A stretch of DNA of 64,000 nt from an uncultured Acidimicrobiia bacterium (lineage in GTDB: Bacteria > Actinomycetota > Acidimicrobiia > Spongiisociales > UBA5794). Below the pieces are notes generated by a model that did no database searches, had not been told where the DNA came from, and saw nothing but the letters and a program-made list of their open reading frames with translations. The position numbers were made by a program, and so were the translations under genes. Numbering within the stretch: the first letter of the stretch is position 1; every line of letters starts with the position of its first letter. The DNA lies in the NCBI GenBank assembly GCA_963823505.1, contig CAWGLY010000008.1, positions 440,574 through 504,573 on the forward strand, written 5' to 3'. Shown piece after piece: positions 8,517 to 19,400 of this stretch.

Positions 8517-10475
8517 ATGACACTCAAGCCCATTGACCTCGCCAACTTCGACACGTCCGTTGCATCCGTCTGACGACTTCTACCGCTACACCAACGGCGG
8601 ATGGATGGACGCCAACCCCGTGCCCCCCGAGTACTCCCGGTGGGGCTCCTTCAACGAGGTGACCGAGCGCAACGAGCAGCTCCTCAAAAGCCTCATGGAG
8701 GCAGCAGCAGACGCCAAGCACGCACCCGGGACACCGGAGCAGATGGTTGGCGACTTCTACGCCAGCGGTATGGACGAGGAGCAGATCGCGACGCTGGTAT
8801 CACGCCGCTGCAACCGTGGCTGGAGCGCATCGAGACTGCCGAATCCATCGCTGACCTTCGCGAGCTGGCCGCGATGTTCCATCCGAGCGGGATACGCTTC
8901 GTGTTCGGGATCGGTGTCTCGCCCGACTTCGACGACCCGGACAGCTATCTGCTGTACGTGGGCCAGGGTGGGCTCGGGCTCCCCGAGCGTGATTACTACC
9001 TCAGGGATGACGAGCGGTCGGTCACACTGCGCACGCAGTACGAGACCCATGTGGCCGCTCAGCTCCGCAATCTGGGGCAGAGCGACGCGTCGGCAGCAGC
9101 CGATGCGGCGGCGATCCTTGCGTTCGAGACCGCCCTCGCTGAGCCTTCGTACACCGCCGAACAGCAGCGAGACATCGACCTCATCGTCAACCGCCACGAG
9201 GTGACGCAGCTCCCGGACGTGATGCCAGGCTTCGACCTCACCGCGTACCTCGACACCGTCGGCGCCGGCTCGGTGACGGAACTGAACATCGACAACCCAG
9301 GATTCTTCAAGGCTGCAGCCGAGCTCCTCGAGCAGACGCCGATCGAGACGCTCCGCGCCTATGCACGGTGGCACCTCGTGCGATCGGTGGCATCGTCGCT
9401 GACGCCCGTCTTCGCCGACGAGTCGTTCGATTTCTACGGTCGCAAGCTGGGTGGTCAGCAGGAGCAGAAGCCCCGGTGGAAGCGGGTGCTGGCGATGGCG
9501 ACCGGCGATATCGGCGAACAGGTCGCTCAGCTCTACGTCGCCGAGGCGTTCCCTCCTGAAGCGAAGGCGCGGGCCGAGGAGCTCGTCGACAATCTCCTGG
9601 AGGCGATGACGGAGTCGCTGCACCAGCGGGACTGGATGGGCGAGGAGACCCGTCGGGAGGCACTCGCCAAGGTCGCCGGGTTCACCTACAAGATCGGATA
9701 TCCCGACGAGTGGCGCGACTACACAGGGCTCATCATCGATCGGGGCCCTCTGGTCGAGAACCGGTTGCGTGCCGCCGCCTTCGAATTCGAGCGGGATCTC
9801 GGCCGGCTGGGCAAACCGGTAGACCCTCACGAGTGGGAGATGCCGCCCCATGTCGTCAACGCGTACTACCACCCGTTGCGCAACGAGATCGTCTTCCCCG
9901 CCGGGATCCTCCAGCCTCCGTTCTTCTACGCCGATGCCGACGATGCCGTCAATTACGGCGGCATCGGCACCGTCATCGGCCACGAGATAACTCATGGTTT
10001 CGACGATATGGGCAGTCGGTTTGACGCCACCGGCCAGCTCAGGGACTGGTGGAGCGAGGCGGATCGTGCCGAGTTCATGCGCCGTGCCGAAGTGGTGGTC
10101 GAGCAGTACAACGCCTATCAGGTGTTCGCCGACCTCAACGTCAACGGCAAGCTGACGCTGGGTGAGAACATTGCCGACCTCGGTGGCGTGACCCTGGCGT
10201 ATGCCGCTTTGCTGCGCGCCCTTCCAGGACCTGACGTCGAGGAGATCGACGGCTTCACCCCCGCCCAGCGGTTCTTCCTGTCGTGGGGCACCATCTGGCG
10301 GCAAACCACCACAGACGAATGGCTCCGTCTCATCGTCCAGACGGATCCTCATTCACCGGGACACTTCCGTTGCAACGGGCCGCTGTCGAACTTCCCGCCC
10401 TTCGCCGCGGCCTTCGGCATCCCAGGAGATGCCCCCATGATGCGCGGTGCAGAAGCCCGAATAGAGATCTGGTAA
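8517..10475 (+). CDS. M13-family metalloendopeptidase (PepO/neprilysin-like), with two compensating frameshifts near the 5' end
   Basis: 'IDLANFDTSV', 'DDFYRYTNGGW', 'VNAYY', 'GHEITHGFDD' (HExxH), 'GENIADLGG'; reading moves between frames at ~8565 and ~8790. Confidence 0.9.
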
Positions 10476-10502
10476 CCCCGCCACGGGCACGCTTTCCGCT
10501 CC

Positions 10503-10568
10503 CCCTCTTCTTTCCCTGATTGGGAAGGGAGGATGACACCGGGTCCAGCCGCCAGGCCGGGGGGCGGG
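10503..10568. repeat. Palindrome plus 28-bp direct repeat, left flank of DUF559 gene
   Basis: ttccc-tgatt-gggaa hairpin, then gggtccagccgccaggccggggggcggg (10541-10568). Confidence 0.75.
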
Positions 10569-10600
10569 TCTCAGGTTCCGCCGTCGGGTGGTTGGGCTTG

Positions 10601-11001
10601 TCACCCCGCCGCATCGCGATCGCGGGGAATTCGTGTACGGCCGCTGGAACTTGCATACGAAGGTCGCGCCTCCAGCTCTTCGAGGATCAGACCGAGTATG
10701 TCTTCCAGCCGCTCGTACACGTCTTCGTTGCCGATCCGTACGACTTTGATCCCTGCGGAGTTGAGCAGTCGGTCGCGCCTGGCGTCTCTGCCTGGAGAGT
10801 GGGTCGGTCCGTCGATCTCGAGCGCCAGTCGTTTTTCGGCGCAGTAGAAGTCGAGGATGAACCGCCCCACGGGATGCTGGCGCCGGAACTTGTATCCGAA
10901 GAGGCGTCGTGCGCGCAAGGAACTCCACATCAGACCTCCGCATCTACGAGGTTGCGGCGGAAGTGCTGGGATCGAAGGAGGAGCCAATCGTGTTCGACCA
11001 T
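10601..11001 (-). CDS. DUF559 / Vsr-like endonuclease-domain protein (frameshift at ~10935)
   Basis: 'LMWSSLRARRLFGYKFRRQHPVGRFILDFYCAEKRLALEIDGPTH...DARRDRLLNSAGIKVVRIGNEDV'; the N-terminal 'RSQHFRRNLVDAE' is in another frame from ATG 11001. Confidence 0.85.
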
Positions 11002-11084
11002 AGGTTCCACGATGGCGCCTGGGTGTGACAGGTCTGCGGTGAGCTGAGGCCGAGACCCTCCCCGCCTCCGCCAAGCTCCGGCGT

Positions 11085-11190
11085 CCCTCCCGTGCTTCCC
11101 CTCCCTCGTAGGGAGGGGTCCGGCATCCCTACCCTCCCGTGCTTCCCCTCCCTCGTAGGGAGGGGTCCGGCCGCCAGGCCGGGGGGAGGG
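11085..11190. repeat. Two 40-bp direct repeats with 8-bp palindromes plus 28-bp direct repeat, right flank of DUF559 gene
   Basis: ccctcccgtgcttcccctccctcgtagggaggggtccggc at 11085 and 11132; gggtccggccgccaggccggggggaggg at 11163-11190. Confidence 0.85.
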
Positions 11191-11256
11191 TTTCGAGCCT
11201 GTGAACCACTCGACGGTGGTGGGTCGCTCTACGCGCTCGAGCAGCCGGAAGGTGCG

Positions 11257-12589
11257 CTACGACCCGGCTTCGGTCATGTAGGCGGCGATTGTGGGGAGGC
11301 CGGTGAGTTTGTCGTAGAAGAAGTCGTTGACGATGCGCGTCAGGTCGGCCCTGGCGGCTTCGGCGGCGACCGTTTGCGTGTCGGCATTTTCGCCCTCGGC
11401 GCCGTCTGTGATGGTGGCGCGGAGCCCGAGGAGATTGCGCACGATCTCGAGCTCGGCCTCCCCGTCGAGGGTCGCCACCACGGACAGGATGAGACCGTCC
11501 AGCTGAGCCAGCAGAGTCTCCTTCGTGATGGCGGTGCCGGGCTGCGAGGCCTCGTCGAGGGTTCGCACGACTGCCCCCACTTGATACAGCACGGCGGTCG
11601 GCTCGTCGAACAGCTCGCGGAGGTAGGCCGCTTCCTCGTAACTGCCGTTGAGCCGGAAGATGTTGTACATCCGCTTGGCGGCCTTGCCGTAGTTCTTGGG
11701 GTCCTTGGCGACGTACTTGTGGACTTCTTTTTCGAGCGCAGCGACGTATCCGTCGAGGGCGTCGCTCGACAGGTTGCTGACGAGCTTGGTGAACAGCGGT
11801 ACCGCATCCGCTTCGAGGTAGACCTCCTGGAAGTAGGGGTCGAGGTAGCCGTCGAGGGGCACGATGGATCCGTCCGGCGCTTCCCACGTGACATCGAGCA
11901 TGTTGCTGGCGTTGGCGACCTGGCCGCGCACGGGGTCGGCAACAACCCAGTCGAGCTTGCACCAACCCGGGTCGTCACAGGCCGCCTCCCACGAGATTTC
12001 GACGGTGTCGCCGTCGGGGGAGACCGCAAAGAAGCGCTGATTCTCGATGTCGCCAGGTGTCCAAGCGATAGGCGTGCCCTTGCGACAAAGGCGTTCGTTG
12101 CGCGTCACATCGGCGGGGTAGTTGCCGAACTTCACTTCGATGAGCCTGTAGGTGTCGCCCTCCATCTTTGCGAGCGCCTTGTTCCTGACCACTTGACCGA
12201 GCCGGCGGCAGGCCGCCTCCCTGGTGTCGGCTTTGATGTTGACCCGCTCGAAGTAGTCACAGTCGCCTGGGTACGTCTGCACCTTCGATTGCGCTGCAGA
12301 GCCGGATAGCGCCAATGCGGTTTCGACGTCTTCGGTGTTGTCCAGCCCGACCAACTCACCGACCTTGCGGAAGTAGCCGAGGTCTTCGGCGCTGAAGTCG
12401 AGCATCGTGACACGATGGCCGAACACGCCGGAATCGATGTCGACCACGACATCCGCGCTCTCCTTGGCGAGCGCCACTGCAGTGAGCCATTGCAGCGCTT
12501 CCACTTCGTTCAGCTCGACTCCGAGCCGCTGTGCCGACGAAGACGATGCGGTCCAGATCGGACTGTGCCCCTGCGCTGTCGTTCATCAC
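11257..12589 (-). CDS. Uncharacterised protein with Pol-beta-superfamily nucleotidyltransferase motif (frameshift at ~12530)
   Basis: 'LSGSAAQSKVQTYPGDCDYFE' fits hG[GS]x9-13Dh[DE]h; 'WCKLDWVV' could supply a third carboxylate; 5' part 'MNDSAGAQSDLDRIVF' follows an AAGGGGTGG RBS. Confidence 0.65.
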
Positions 12590-12611
12590 ACCACCCCTTG
12601 TGGAGGCGAAC

Positions 12612-13169
12612 CTACTCGGTCACGGTGTGGTTGCGCTCGTCGAGCTCGGTGAGGATTGCACGAAAGACCTCCGCCTGGAGGACGGCATCGTGGAGCGCAT
12701 GGTGCGGGAGGTCCGCCTCGAGGCCGTATCGCGCCGCCATGTCACGCATCGAGGTCCGTGCCCATGACGACCCTGCGACGCCCATGAAGAGCGCCTTCAT
12801 GTCGAGGGCGCTGTGTCCGAAAGGGTTGCTGCCGACGAATCGATACAGGTAGTCGGTGACGAACATCCAATCGAACGGGGCGTTGAGGGCAACGAAGGTC
12901 GGTCGTTCCCCAGCCCCACACTCCTCGGCCCACCCGGCAAAGCGTGCCATCGCATCTGCCGGCGGCTGGCCCTCGCGGGCGAGCCTGGTGAGCGAGAGGC
13001 CGCTGACGGCGAGTGCCTCTCCGTCGACGCGGTCGGTGAGGGGTTTCAACTCGACGTAGAACGTGCGTTCCGGGTTCTCGACCAGACACGCACCGATGGC
13101 GAGAAGCGAGTAGTCATGGGGTGAAGGCCCCGCCGTTTCGACATCCACCGATATGTACCGCTGCTGCAC
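12612..13169 (-). CDS. DEDDh 3'-5' exonuclease / exoribonuclease
   Basis: Exo I 'SVDVET', Exo II 'NAPFDW', Exo III 'HHALHDA'; TAGGTT -10-like hexamer 6 nt before GTG. Confidence 0.9.
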   Translation of the reverse strand: MQQRYISVDVETAGPSPHDYSLLAIGACLVENPERTFYVELKPLTDRVDGEALAVSGLSLTRLAREGQPPADAMARFAGWAEECGAGERPTFVALNAPFDWMFVTDYLYRFVGSNPFGHSALDMKALFMGVAGSSWARTSMRDMAARYGLEADLPHHALHDAVLQAEVFRAILTELDERNHTVTE

Positions 13170-13293
13170 GGCATCAACCTAGATGGAGCACGCGACACAA
13201 GCAGATCGCGACGTGTCGATGCGGCGTCGGACGATGCCTGGGAGACGCAGCATCGGGGGCTACTCTGACCGGCTCAGAGAACGAGGAGGACCG

Positions 13294-14572
13294 ATGACCG
13301 ACGATCGAACACCTGACGACCCAGCGGATATGCCGGATGGGGCCGATGCCGGTGCGCGATGCCGGTGCTGGCGATGCCGGTGCTGGCGATGCCGGTGCTG
13401 GCGATGCCGGTGCGGGCGACGCAGCTCCACCTCCGCCTCCGCCTCCGCCTCCGCCCCCACCTCCGCCTCCGGGAGCGGCCGCAGCAGGTGCGGGTGCCGC
13501 TCCTGCCGCCAAGGGTACGAGCGGCTGGCTCATCGCCGGTTGGGTCGCCGCCGGTCTTGCCGCCATCGCCCTCGTCGTGGTGTTGATCAACAACAACGGC
13601 GACGACGAGACGGTGGCCGTGGACACCACCACGTCATCCTCAGTTGCCGAGACGACGACAACGGCTGGAGAGACGACGACGACCGCGGCCGGAGAGACCA
13701 CGACCACGGGCGCCGAGACCACCACCACGGTGGCTGAGACCACGACCACGGTGGCTGAGACCACGACCACAGCCGCTGGGGGTATTGGCGGCGAATGTGC
13801 GATCGAGAACCTCAACCTCCTCCAGGCAGGGGTGTTGACGGTGGCAACCGGTGATCCGGCCTTCCCGCCGTGGGTTGGTGACGATGACAACTTCGATGAT
13901 CCCGAGTCCAAGACCGGGTTCGAGGCGGCGCTCGTGTATGAGCTCGCCGCCACTCTCGGTTTCGAAGACGGCGACGTCACCTGGGTCCGTACCGGGTTCG
14001 ACGAGGCCATTGCGCCGGGTCCGAAGAACTTCGACTTCAACCTGCAGCAGTACTCGATCGATGAGACCCGCGACCAGGTGGTCGACTTCTCGGACCCGTA
14101 TTACGTCACGAGGCAGTCGCTGATCGCCCTCGCCGGGTCTCCGGTCATCGGCGCCACCACGCTGGCTGATCTCGTCGACGCCAACCTGGGCGCCCAGATC
14201 GGCACGACGAGCCTCAACTACATCGAGGATGTGATCCAGCCCAACAACCAGGCGTCCGTGTACGACACCAACGTCGATGCGATTTCGGCATTGATCGCGG
14301 GACAGATCGACGGCATCGTGGTTGATCTACCCACCGCGTACTTCATGACGGCGGTACAGATTCCCGAGCAAGGTGCCGAGGGGATCATCGTTGCGCAGTT
14401 TGCGACGCCGGCCCAGGAACCCGACGAGTTCGGGCTGCTGTTTGCGGACGGCAATCCGCTGGTCGACTGCATCAACCAGGCCCTGACCATCCTCCGGGAC
14501 GACGGGGTGCTGGATGCGCTCGAGGCGCAGTGGCTCGCCCAAGGCGGCAACATCCCCACCATCACCGAGTAA
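13294..14572 (+). CDS. Polar amino-acid ABC transporter substrate-binding protein with long low-complexity N-terminus (frameshift in repeat at ~13357)
   Basis: GAGGAGGA RBS + ATG 13294; TM helix, ETTTT linker, 'LTVATGDPAFPPW', 'GFEAAL', 'FDFNLQQYSI', 'VDFSDPYY', 'GAQIGTT'. Confidence 0.88.
13345..13471 (+). repeat. 15-bp tandem repeat (DAGAG x5) followed by CCTCCG poly-proline repeat
   Basis: gatgccggtgc(t/g)ggc at 13345 (13-nt copy), 13358, 13373, 13388, 13403; cctccg run 13427-13471. Confidence 0.85.
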
Positions 14573-14593
14573 GGGACGGGCGGGTCACCGCAC

Positions 14594-15466
14594 GTGAGCG
14601 ACTCACCAATCGATCAGGTGGAGCGCCGGGGACCACAGTCATTGTGGCCCCGGCGCCCGCGACGGACGCAAGAAGAGGGCGCCCGCAGCGCACTGATCGC
14701 CGCGGCGTCGACCGTGATCGTCTTCAGCCTGATCCTCTGGGTGGTGCTGACGTCGGAAGCCTGGCCCGCCGTGCAACGCCAGTTCTTCAGCTGGTTCCAC
14801 TTCACCGAGAGCTTCCCGGCGGTCCTCGCGGGCTTCTGGCTCGACATCCAGATGTTTCTCGTAGCCGAGGTGTTGATCCTCGTATTCGGTCTCATCGTGG
14901 CGATGATCCGGGCGCTGCGAGGACCTGCGTTCTTGCCGCTGCGTGCGATCGTCGTTGCCTACATCGACCTGATCCGCGGCGTGCCGGTGCTGCTGCTGAT
15001 CCTGCTCATGGGTTTTGGTGTCCCGGCGCTGCAGCTTGGTGGGGTGCCCAACAGCCGTCTGTTTTGGGGCATCGCCGCCCTGGTCATCAGCTATTCGGCA
15101 TACACCGCCGAGGTCTACAGGGCGGGAATCGAGTCGGTGCACGAGAGTCAGCGGATGTCGGCGCGGTCGATCGGCCTCACCCAAGGCCAGGCGCTGCGGT
15201 TCGTGCTCGTCCCGCAGGCGGTCCGCAACGTGATCCCTGCGCTCCTGAATGGGTTCATCAGCTTGCAGAAGGACGTTGCCCTGGTGTTCGTGCTCGGCGT
15301 GCGGGAGGCATTACGAGAGGCAGACATCTACAACGCACGTACGTTCAACTACACGAGCTACATCGCCGCTGCGATCCTGTTCCTTGCGGTGAGTGTGCCG
15401 GTCGCCCGTTTCACCGACTGGTACACGGAACGCGACCGGCGACGCAAGCAGGCGATGAGTTCATGA
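14594..15466 (+). CDS. Polar amino-acid ABC transporter permease
   Basis: 'YIDLIRGVP', 'YSAYTAEVYRAGIESV...Q...ARSIGL', 'LVPQAVRNVIP'. Confidence 0.93.
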   Translation: MSDSPIDQVERRGPQSLWPRRPRRTQEEGARSALIAAASTVIVFSLILWVVLTSEAWPAVQRQFFSWFHFTESFPAVLAGFWLDIQMFLVAEVLILVFGLIVAMIRALRGPAFLPLRAIVVAYIDLIRGVPVLLLILLMGFGVPALQLGGVPNSRLFWGIAALVISYSAYTAEVYRAGIESVHESQRMSARSIGLTQGQALRFVLVPQAVRNVIPALLNGFISLQKDVALVFVLGVREALREADIYNARTFNYTSYIAAAILFLAVSVPVARFTDWYTERDRRRKQAMSS

Positions 15467-16218
15467 CGGACCGCCCGATCAAGCTTTCGATCCGCAACGT
15501 TCAGAAGGCGTTCGAGGAAAAGGTGGTGCTGCGCGACGTCGATCTCGATGTCGGTGTCCACGAAGTGGTGTGTCTGATTGGCTCCTCAGGGTCGGGTAAG
15601 TCGACGCTGCTCAAGTGCATCAACCTGCTGGTCCCCATCGACGAGGGCCAGATCTACCTCGACGGCGTCGACATCACGTCCTCGGCGGTGAACCCCAATA
15701 CGGTGCGGCAAACCATGGGCATTGTGTTCCAGGCCTTCAACCTCTTTCCCCACATGCGCGTGATCGACAACGTCACGCTCGGCCCCCGCAAGGTGCACGG
15801 CGTCGGTCGCGTGGAGGCGGAGGCCAGAGCGCGCGACCTTCTCGACCGGTTTGGCCTCTTGGAGAAGGCCGAGGAGTATCCGGACCGCCTCTCCGGAGGC
15901 CAGCAGCAACGGGTGGCGATCGTGCGGTCGCTCGCCGCCGACCCGGAGCTCATGCTCCTGGACGAGGTGACGTCGGCCCTCGACCCCGAGCTGGTCGCCG
16001 AGGTGCTCAACGTGATCCGCGGGCTCAAGAATGAAGGAATGACGATGGTGATCGCCACGCACGAGATGGGGTTCGCTCGGGACGTCGCCGACACCGTGTG
16101 CTTCCTCGACGATGGCGTGATCCTGGAGAAGGGCAATCCCCAGCAGCTCTTTGGCGCCCCCCAACAACCCCGCACGGCCCAGTTCCTCCAACGTATCGTC
16201 GAAGCCGGCCGGTTGTAG
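15463..16218 (+). CDS. Polar amino-acid ABC transporter ATP-binding protein (GlnQ-like)
   Basis: Walker A GSSGSGKS, 'LSGGQQQRVAI', 'LLDEVTSALDPE', 'ATHEMGF'; ATGA overlap with permease. Confidence 0.95.
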   Translation: MTDRPIKLSIRNVQKAFEEKVVLRDVDLDVGVHEVVCLIGSSGSGKSTLLKCINLLVPIDEGQIYLDGVDITSSAVNPNTVRQTMGIVFQAFNLFPHMRVIDNVTLGPRKVHGVGRVEAEARARDLLDRFGLLEKAEEYPDRLSGGQQQRVAIVRSLAADPELMLLDEVTSALDPELVAEVLNVIRGLKNEGMTMVIATHEMGFARDVADTVCFLDDGVILEKGNPQQLFGAPQQPRTAQFLQRIVEAGRL

Positions 16219-16470
16219 CCGGGCAGGGCGTAGGACCTTTGCCCCTAGCGATCGCAACGAACGTCTGTTCTCGTGGGGACACTAGGGGGTGTTGGTGGGC
16301 GAAACGCCACGCCAGGAAAGCGGTTCGACTGATCGGGTCGGGTTTGCGGCGTTTGCTCCTACCCCCTGTTCTCACTTGTCGGGTGGGATGTGCGCGCGCA
16401 AGGACGACGCAGTTGCAATGAGACGTCCTCGCGGTGTGGTCCGTGCCCGTGATCACCCGGAGGGACCCGC

Positions 16471-19400
16471 ATGGCCACGTCCACACGTTCACGTTACTTC
16501 ACGATCCTCTCGGCGGTAGCACTTCTCTTCACCATGCTGACGCCGCTGGCGGCGGTGGCCCAGGACCCGCCGGAGGGGAGCTGGGACTTCGTGACCTCGG
16601 TACCCGGCTCCGACGAAGGGCGGATTGCCACGAGCGTATGGACGGGCGAGCACGACGTCGTCTACGCACTGACGCGAACGGGCGCAACCCCGTACGACAT
16701 GCAGGTGCAGCGGTTCGATCACGGAAGCTGGCACCTCGAGCTCGATATGCCGGGCTACTGGGGACCTTCCTCTTCGGCACCGCGCCGGACGACATCTACG
16801 TCTCCGGCTACACCTGTCTCCAGCCGGACGACTCGTGGACGTGCCCGAGCGGCGGCGCCGACGACGTCGCCGTCTACCACTACGACGGCGTCGACTGGAC
16901 GCTGCAGTCCGCTCCCCGCCGAGGTCGACGGCCTGATCGTCCGATCCATCGCCGGAGTCCCGGCGAGGTGCAGATCGGCGTCAACCCCTACGTCGTTCGC
17001 GACCCGGGCACCGGGTGGGCGATCGTCTACGACGCCGGCACCGGCATCTCCGTCGGGCCGAGCGACATGACTTTGTGGCTCCCGACGAGGGCTACATGGC
17101 GAGCTGCTGGGGTCATGCTGGTGGGATGGCGTGACGTGGACCAAGAAGGTCGAGTTCGACTTCTGCGACCTCGCCGACAGTGGGGCGCCCGCTCCGACGG
17201 AGGCGACCTGAATCTCTGGGTGACGGGCAACAACAACTTCCAGAACGGCTCGGGATCTGGGGCTACGACGAGGCAGCGCAGAGCTTCGGCGCCAAGTACT
17301 CACCCGAGTTCGCCGACCCGGCGCCGCTGGACCACGGCCCAGACGGTCGGTTCGGGCAGCGGGCTGTGGGGAGCGGAGCCGACGACGTGCAGGGTCAGCA
17401 ATGGGGCATCGGCATCGGCGTCTCGGTAGAAATCGATGATCCCACCAATGGGGTCGGAGTCGACTGGAGTGATAGTGGGACCACCGTCCCGACCCCGTGG
17501 AACCCGAAGACAGGATTCGTCGAGTTCGATCCTGGTGCGTACGACTTCGACGTTGCTACCGGCCACGAGATCACCATGACCGACGGGCTGACCACGAAGG
17601 TGCACATCGTGGCTCCGCTGCAGGTCACAGAGGTCGACGTCGATGCCGACCGTCTCCACGGGACCGCCTCTGGCGATGCAATGCTGAATGTCTGGGTCAA
17701 CATCCCCGACGGCTCCAACCGTGTCGTCACGGCTGCTCCTGATGGCACGTGGACCGCGGACTTCTCTGTGGCGTGGGAGGGTTGGGACCCGTTCGACATC
17801 GGACTCGGCGACGCCGTTGATGTAATCGAGTGCGACGACGACGGGGACACGACCCGGGCGTAGGCTCGGGTCCGCAACCCACAGTTCTCGGTGGAGACCC
17901 CAAATCAGATCTGGTCGCACGGGGACGGGTGGATCGCCGGTCGCACCGTGACCATCACGGTCAACGACGGCGTTTCCGACGTCTACTCGACGACCGCCCC
18001 GGTCGTGGCCTGGGGGCCAAGCCCGTGGGAGGTCGGCTGGAACGTCGACACCGGCGGCTTCGAGATCCTGCCGGGTCACGTCGTCACGGTCGACGACGGA
18101 GACGACATCGTGCGGACGCTCGATGTCGTGGCCCTCGAGGTGACCGACGTCGACGAGGACACCGACACGATCACCGGGATGGCACCGGCCAACGCATGGG
18201 TCAACGGCAACGCCGGCAACGAGTTCGAGAACGCCAACCGGAACGTGTTCAGACCGACGCCGGTGGCAACTTCTCCATCGACTTCGGCACCCCGGGCGTC
18301 GAGGACTGGGAGCAGGACACGATCGACCTTCGGCCCGGCATCGGCGGCTCGGTGCAGGTCTTCGAGGACGACGGCGACTCCACCCATCGCGGCTGGCGCG
18401 TCGCCGATCCACACTTCGGCGTGGACGTGGTCCACGAGGAGCTGTGGGCCAACGACTGGCCGATTGGAGCAACGCTGAACTTCCAGGTGTTCGAGCCCGA
18501 CGACCTGGTCAACCCGGTGTGGGACGACTCGATGACGGTTGTCGACACCACTTGGGGACAAACAGAAGCCGGCTACCGGTTCTGGGGCGACTTCGACGTC
18601 CACGGCGGGCAGCTCATCACGATCACCGACGGCTCGCTCACGAGGGAGCTGATCGTCAGCACGCTCGTGGTGACCAACGTCGATCCGGACACGGAGACCT
18701 ATACAGGAACGGTCGAGGACGTCGACTACGACAAGACCCACGAGGTGTGCGCCTGGGCGCGCGACCTGATCGACGGCCAGCAGGGCGTCGAGCTGTGCAC
18801 AATCCCGGATGGCGACCGCAATTGGACCATCGACTTCACCGGCGTGGGCGAGATCATCCCCGGCGATCACACCGGGGCCTATCAGAACGATCCCGATGGC
18901 GATCAGACGAGCTATGCCTGGTTCGTACCTCCGTGGATCTACGTGGAGATCGGTGACGACACCAACCCCGACTTCCCGGACCGGATCCACCTGGATCAAT
19001 GGGACTTCCCGGTTGAAGTCACCAACGGCACGGACACGATCACTGCGACGGATACCGACAACGACGGCTGGGACGTCGTGGAGTTCGACGTCACGCCTGG
19101 TGAGACGATCACCGCCACCGGCAACGACGGTCGGGTCAAGAATGTCTACCTCGAAGAGCTCTCCGTCGACACGGTGACCTTGTGGAACGAGGATCCCCCG
19201 AGCACGGTCTACGGCAGCACGACCGCCACCTACGACGGCAACGTCCAGGTGACGGCATCTGCGGACTACGGCTGGTGGACTGAGCGCTGGGTCGATGCGA
19301 ACGCCGGTGCCTACGAAGCCGACTTCGCCAATCCGGGCAACGGATGGCGGGAACAGGAGCTTGGCTACTTCGGGCAGGGCGGCGCCGACGACGTTTACAG

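Noticed and set aside
11085-11190. Possible mini CRISPR array
   Set aside because: Only two 40-bp copies with a 7-bp gap, no unique spacers and no cas genes
16290-16345. c-di-GMP-I riboswitch (GGGCGAAAC...GGAAAG resemblance)
   Set aside because: Lacks the GACGCAAAGC segment and P1 pairing
17861-17863. Pyrrolysine or programmed readthrough at the in-frame TAG
   Set aside because: No pyl genes or tRNA in the window, and the gene has many other lesions
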